The notes under the pieces are model-generated. The model searched no databases and had not been told where the DNA came from. It saw only the letters and a program-made list of their open reading frames with translations. Of a stretch of 64,000 nt of DNA, positions 59,813-64,000 are shown piece by piece; position 1 is the stretch's first letter, and every line of letters starts with the position of its first letter. This DNA is from Cenarchaeum sp. Lineage in GTDB: Archaea; Thermoproteota; Nitrososphaeria; Nitrososphaerales; Nitrosopumilaceae. A program made the translations under genes and the position numbers. The DNA is taken from NCBI GenBank assembly GCA_965206845.1, contig OZ242221.1, forward strand, positions 704,001-768,000, in the 5' to 3' direction.

Positions 59813-61141
59813 CTAGCCCAGCCCCATCTGGCGCAGCCGCCTCTCGGCATCGCGTCCCCGGGTTGCCTTTATCATACTCTTGGAGCCCTTGTAGCTCTTT
59901 ACGAGCTCTCTTACATCGCGCTCCGGCCAGCCAGAGCCCCTGGCAATCCGCTTTGCCCGGGAGGCGTTGATCAGGTTAGGATCTGCCTTCTCAGCGACGG
60001 TCATGCTCTGTATTATGTAGCGCCACCGCTGGAGCCGGCCTTCGGCCTTGTCTATCTCAGACTCCTTTACCGTTTCGGATATGCCGGGCAGGTTCTCAAG
60101 AAAGCTCCTGACCGAGCCGGTCTTGGTAATCTCTTCTATCTGGTGGTAAAAATCCTCCATGTTCATCTTTCCCCTGGACAGCCTCCTGAGCTTGCTCTCG
60201 TCCCCCTCGGTCTCCAGCCGTCGAACCAGATCAAGAACCGCTTGGATGTCTCCCATTCCCAGAAGCCGTCCCACGAATCTTGTGGGTGAGAACTTTTCAA
60301 GATCGTCAACCCGCTCGCCGGTACCGATGTACATTATCTGGGCTCCCGTGGCAGCCGACGCTGCCAGAGCCCCGCCCCCCTTGGCCGAGCTGTCCAGCTT
60401 TGTGACCACTATGCCGCCCACCGGCACCGTCTTGTGAAATGCCTCTGCCTGGCTGAAGCACCTGCGGCCTATGGTTCCGTCGATTACCAGCAGCGCCAGA
60501 TCCGGATCCGAGGCGCGGCTTATCCGCTTCATCTCGTCTAGCAGCTCCTGCTCCTCCTTGTGCCTTCCCGCGGTATCTATCAGTACTATGTCGGGCGCCG
60601 AGTCTGCAAAGTATGCCAGTCCACGCTTCACGATATCTGCCGGGTCGTGTGCCCCCTCCCGCCCGTACACCTCTACCTTTGCCCGCTGGCACATGGTTCT
60701 GAGCTGCACCAGCGCCCCCGGCCGGTAGGTGTCAGCGCCTATGACGCCGACCCTGTACCCCTGCTTTGTAAGAAACAGGGACATCTTTGCGGTAACCGTG
60801 GTCTTGCCGCTTCCCTGTATGCCCAGCATCAGAACCTTGTTGATCCGGCCCGGAACGAACTCGAACTTTGCCTCCGTTCCCAGAAGCTTTGCCAGCTCGT
60901 CGTAGAGGATCTTTACTATGTGATCCTTTCGTGAGAGGCCCGGGGGAGGGTTCTCCTTGAGGGACCGCTCCTTTAGCTGCTTGGATATCTCAAACACCAA
61001 GGGCACGTCCACATCGGCATTGAGCAGTGCCAGCTGCACGTCGTGTGCGAGCGCCTTTATGAGCTTCTCGTCAACGCCGGAGGAGTTTACGATCTTCTTT
61101 ATGGCCGTCCGCAGGTTACCCTTGAGTCCCTCCAGCATCAC
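59813..61141 (-). CDS. srp54: Signal recognition particle protein SRP54
   Basis: GIQGSGKTT, DTAGR, TKLD..AKGG, M domain SMT..E..RIARGSG. Confidence 0.96.
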   Translation of the reverse strand: MMLEGLKGNLRTAIKKIVNSSGVDEKLIKALAHDVQLALLNADVDVPLVFEISKQLKERSLKENPPPGLSRKDHIVKILYDELAKLLGTEAKFEFVPGRINKVLMLGIQGSGKTTVTAKMSLFLTKQGYRVGVIGADTYRPGALVQLRTMCQRAKVEVYGREGAHDPADIVKRGLAYFADSAPDIVLIDTAGRHKEEQELLDEMKRISRASDPDLALLVIDGTIGRRCFSQAEAFHKTVPVGGIVVTKLDSSAKGGGALAASAATGAQIMYIGTGERVDDLEKFSPTRFVGRLLGMGDIQAVLDLVRRLETEGDESKLRRLSRGKMNMEDFYHQIEEITKTGSVRSFLENLPGISETVKESEIDKAEGRLQRWRYIIQSMTVAEKADPNLINASRAKRIARGSGWPERDVRELVKSYKGSKSMIKATRGRDAERRLRQMGLG

Positions 61142-61496
61142 ACTACAGGCGGGCTTCTTCTATTTCAAGTCTTGGGAATTGGTTCTTTACGCCTAAGAAC
61201 TAGTTCCCCAAACCCTCTACGAATGGGCTCTTCGGGGTTTCTCGTCTGGAAGGGGACGGCGCAGCAGCCAGCACTGCGCTCAACGTCACAGATTCAGCCA
61301 TCATGGAACCGACCTGTCCACGGCGCCCACCCATCGTCTCAGAACCGCCAAGGGAGACAGGGTCCTTTCGAGCATTGGTGGACTTGGGCAAGACATACCT
61401 GTGTCCCGCCGCCTGGCTGAGAGCCGTACCGGATCTGACCAAGCAGGGCCTGCAGGTAAAGTGGCAGCAGCCCGGCAGGGGGTCAGCCTATGCGGA

Positions 61497-62183
61497 TCAG
61501 CCAGCCCTGGGAGCCTGACGGGCCCCGGAGATTTTGTAGAACCCGCGGTAGCCGTCCCAGTGTGCGGATCCGGTTACAAGTATGGGAGACGTAAACAGCG
61601 GGCAGTCGATCACCAGAGTCTCGGCCTCGCCGCCCTCAAAGCTCAGGTTAAAGCCGAACCTCTCTGAAAGACCCTCCAGCACCGGAAGGTTCTCCCTGGT
61701 AATCTCCCTGCCGAGCCAGGAGCCGTCCAGGCCTCCTGCCGCAACGGCGGTGATGATAAACCGAAAGTCCGCGTCCAGCAGCTCGCGCATGTATTGCACC
61801 TGATCCTTATGCCAAACCGGTGAGATCATCTCCAGTCCCAGCCGACCGCAGATCTTCTCAAAGGCATCTAGCTGAAACCTGCTCAGGATTCCACCGTGAA
61901 CCACCCCCCGGATGCCGTGTTCGTGCCTGACCTCATCCAGCATGGTATGAAGCGTTGCAAGCTCCATGGCAGCATCCGAGGAAGATGCGGCATACTTTTG
62001 CGGCATCTGCATTGCCGTTGCCTGTAGTTTTGTAATGTCTATGTTCGGATGGTGCAGCAGCATGCTTTCAGGGGAGGCAGGCGAGACTGTCACCAGGCAT
62101 TCCACGGAATGGCCCTGCTTTTGTGCGCTGTACACCGAATAGGCGCTATCCTTTCCGCCGGAGAAGAGCGCCGCCAGCTTCAT
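61497..62183 (-). CDS. Diphthine-ammonia ligase (Dph6 family)
   Basis: LFSGGKDS PP-loop; EGGE.ET.V.D.P.F. Confidence 0.9.
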   Translation of the reverse strand: MKLAALFSGGKDSAYSVYSAQKQGHSVECLVTVSPASPESMLLHHPNIDITKLQATAMQMPQKYAASSSDAAMELATLHTMLDEVRHEHGIRGVVHGGILSRFQLDAFEKICGRLGLEMISPVWHKDQVQYMRELLDADFRFIITAVAAGGLDGSWLGREITRENLPVLEGLSERFGFNLSFEGGEAETLVIDCPLFTSPILVTGSAHWDGYRGFYKISGARQAPRAG

Positions 62184-62277
62184 TGTAACGGCACTTGCCG
62201 AAGTACTTGGCATGCTTCATCACTCATAATCCTCATCACCAGTCAGACGGCTTTTCCAGTCATCATCAGCACCCAGG

Positions 62278-62688
62278 CTAGTTTTTTACGCGCATTATTT
62301 TAGTCCTGTCCATGACCTTCCAGTACTCTACATTCTGGCCGTTCTCCAGCTGGCCCTGCACACTCTCGTCTATCAGGGTCACATCGATGGTATCAAAGGT
62401 GTCAGAGTCCATCACCTGTGTTATGTCGCCAGTCATCGAGATTATCTGTCCGAGTCTCTTGTCGATGAGCGGAACATGCACCTGCATGCTGACAGGTCCC
62501 ACGTGGGGGCGCTTCTGCCCGTCAAAGATGCCCACGGCCACGATTCGCGCCTTTGCCGCACCGTGCTTGCCTGGCTTGCTTGTATCGTACTCTGTTATTC
62601 TGCACGCCTCGCCGGTGGCCTGATCCCCCACGGGAAGAAGAATGTAGGATCCGATCTTCAGGGAACCTAGGTCAGCAGGTCTGCTCAT
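62278..62688 (-). CDS. eif5a: Translation factor aIF5A/eIF5A
   Basis: SKPGKHGAAKAR hypusine loop. Confidence 0.96.
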   Translation of the reverse strand: MSRPADLGSLKIGSYILLPVGDQATGEACRITEYDTSKPGKHGAAKARIVAVGIFDGQKRPHVGPVSMQVHVPLIDKRLGQIISMTGDITQVMDSDTFDTIDVTLIDESVQGQLENGQNVEYWKVMDRTKIMRVKN

Positions 62689-63100
62689 ATGTGATGGACG
62701 GGCGGTGTTGAATATTTAACTTTTCTATTTAGCATGACTGCGCTCCAGAGGAGCATACCAGTTCAGATGTCGACCTCCGGGTAGCCATTTTGGATACCTG
62801 TCTGTAGAGCACGGCCATTTGTTACGGATCCCCCCCAACCCTGATGCCGCAGGCAGTGCGGCGTACGGCTGCAGATATAGGATCCAGGCGGCATAAACCG
62901 CAGTGGCAGCTTGCCCCACAAGCGCCTGCACCGCGGCACCATTCCGACGGATCCGCCATACAGCCATTCCCGCAACAAAGGGGCCCACAGTCCAAGGTAC
63001 AGGGAGCGCTTCCCGCTCAGTCTTCTTGACAGCAGTCAGGCAGCGTAGCCATTACGCGTCACTGTGGGGCTAGATCCGCGGCATGCATTCGTAGTAGGGT

Positions 63101-63712
63101 CTACTTGAGCCGCTCTAGGAGCGACAGTGCAAACAGATTTGACATCTTGATGCCCTTCTGACAGACATCCCTGCGCGTCTTCTCGCAGTATTTTTTGACG
63201 CTCTGGTGGCTCTTCTCGCTGGCCACCTCCAGGACCATTATGCTCTGGCTATATGGGAACGTAAACTTGAGCGGCTCTGTGCAGTAGAGATCCATGCTGC
63301 CCCATATCGCCCGGCCCACCTGGGTTCTTCGGGCCAGCTGCTCTGCCACCTCCCGCATGTCCTCACTGGACTCCCCGTACTCTAGGTAGTACACGGACAC
63401 AAAATTCACAGGATCCGAGACCTCCCGCTGAAAGAGATCCTCGCGGCTGCTGAGCATGAAGGAGATCTTTTCCTGGTTGAACCTCTTCAGATCCCGCCGG
63501 ATCTTTGCCTCGTCCCTGTACTTGACCAGGATGTAGTGGTTGGCATGGGAAGAAAAGTACGACTTGCCGTCGTCTGAGAATGTGGCGGTAACAAAGTACA
63601 TGGACTCGATATTTCTGGAGTGGGCCCAGATATCCTTCAGCTCCGCCGAGTCATGATCATGCCTGTATGGAACGCATGCGTATCCCATGTTCACCATAAG
63701 CGTTCGTAACAT
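63101..63712 (-). CDS. Hypothetical protein (start probably MGYACVP)
   Basis: Long ORF with typical codon usage; no recognised motif. Confidence 0.75.
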   Translation of the reverse strand: MLRTLMVNMGYACVPYRHDHDSAELKDIWAHSRNIESMYFVTATFSDDGKSYFSSHANHYILVKYRDEAKIRRDLKRFNQEKISFMLSSREDLFQREVSDPVNFVSVYYLEYGESSEDMREVAEQLARRTQVGRAIWGSMDLYCTEPLKFTFPYSQSIMVLEVASEKSHQSVKKYCEKTRRDVCQKGIKMSNLFALSLLERLK

Positions 63713-63841
63713 AGGTTTTTTGCCACGGCGCAGTATTTAACATTTGGAGCCCGTGGCACTGCCTGGGATTCGTGGCACGGCACAACGGCACGCCCCTGCG
63801 TCGATAGTTATTTAATACATAGAGGTACACGATCAAACTGT

Positions 63842-63966
63842 CCCAAGCTAGCTCAGCCTGGTAGAGCTTCCGGCTGTAGTTGTCGGCTTTGGGCTGGCTC
63901 AAATAGCAGCATACCAGGCATACAGAAACCGGGTTGTCGCAGGTTCAATTCCTGCGCTTGGGACCA
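63842..63966 (+). tRNA. tRNA-Tyr(GTA) with a ~48-nt intron at 37/38 (about 63880-63927)
   Basis: CCCAAGC/GCTTGGG acceptor, D arm GCTC/GAGC, CT-GTA-G, BHB-like ctgt/acag junction, GGTTCAATTCC, encoded CCA. Confidence 0.93.
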
Positions 63967-64000
63967 CAATATAATCCGGCGCCGGTGTGTGATCGGCGCG

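Noticed and set aside
61170-61490. SRP RNA next to srp54
   Set aside because: The helix-8 motif (CAGG..GGAA..AGCA) and the Alu-domain 5' consensus were not found on either strand; kept only as an unassigned structured region.
62730-63075. Intergenic region with a CCCACAGT/ACTGTGGG closing stem as an ncRNA
   Set aside because: One 8-bp stem in GC-rich DNA, with no second copy or recognisable motif, is insufficient support.

Overview
GC-rich archaeal chromosome segment from an ammonia-oxidising archaeon (Nitrososphaerota, Nitrosopumilaceae-like). Markers include a thaumarchaeosortase-type protein, a CFI-box-CTERM protein, class I LysRS, TBP, Alba, PINA and NreA. The high GC and many IS/MITE insertions suggest a host-associated, Cenarchaeum-like lineage (inference). 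Most of the window is housekeeping: proS end, egtB/egtD, smc, ino1, dys, Pol IV, nreA, lig, endA, tsr3, map, tbp, lysS, elp3, pus10, srp54 and eIF5A, plus RNase P RNA and three tRNAs (Pro, Arg, intron-containing Tyr). The main finding is a 1.93-kb element (44142-46072) whose only gene is a TnpB/Cas12f-like nuclease with all three RuvC catalytic residues. It is bounded by 24-bp terminal inverted repeats and an AT-rich target-site duplication, a cut-and-paste-type architecture rather than the TIR-less IS200/IS605 or IS607 one. A second, 5'-truncated copy (51089-51389) keeps the 3' scaffold with compensatory base changes and has a different flank, so it is a candidate stand-alone guide (omega) RNA locus. 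Other mobile DNA: an IS481 and a 92-bp MITE that both interrupt one Yip1 gene, a frameshifting IS630, two further palindromic miniature elements, and two intergenic regions sharing collinear motifs. No CRISPR array or rRNA was seen.
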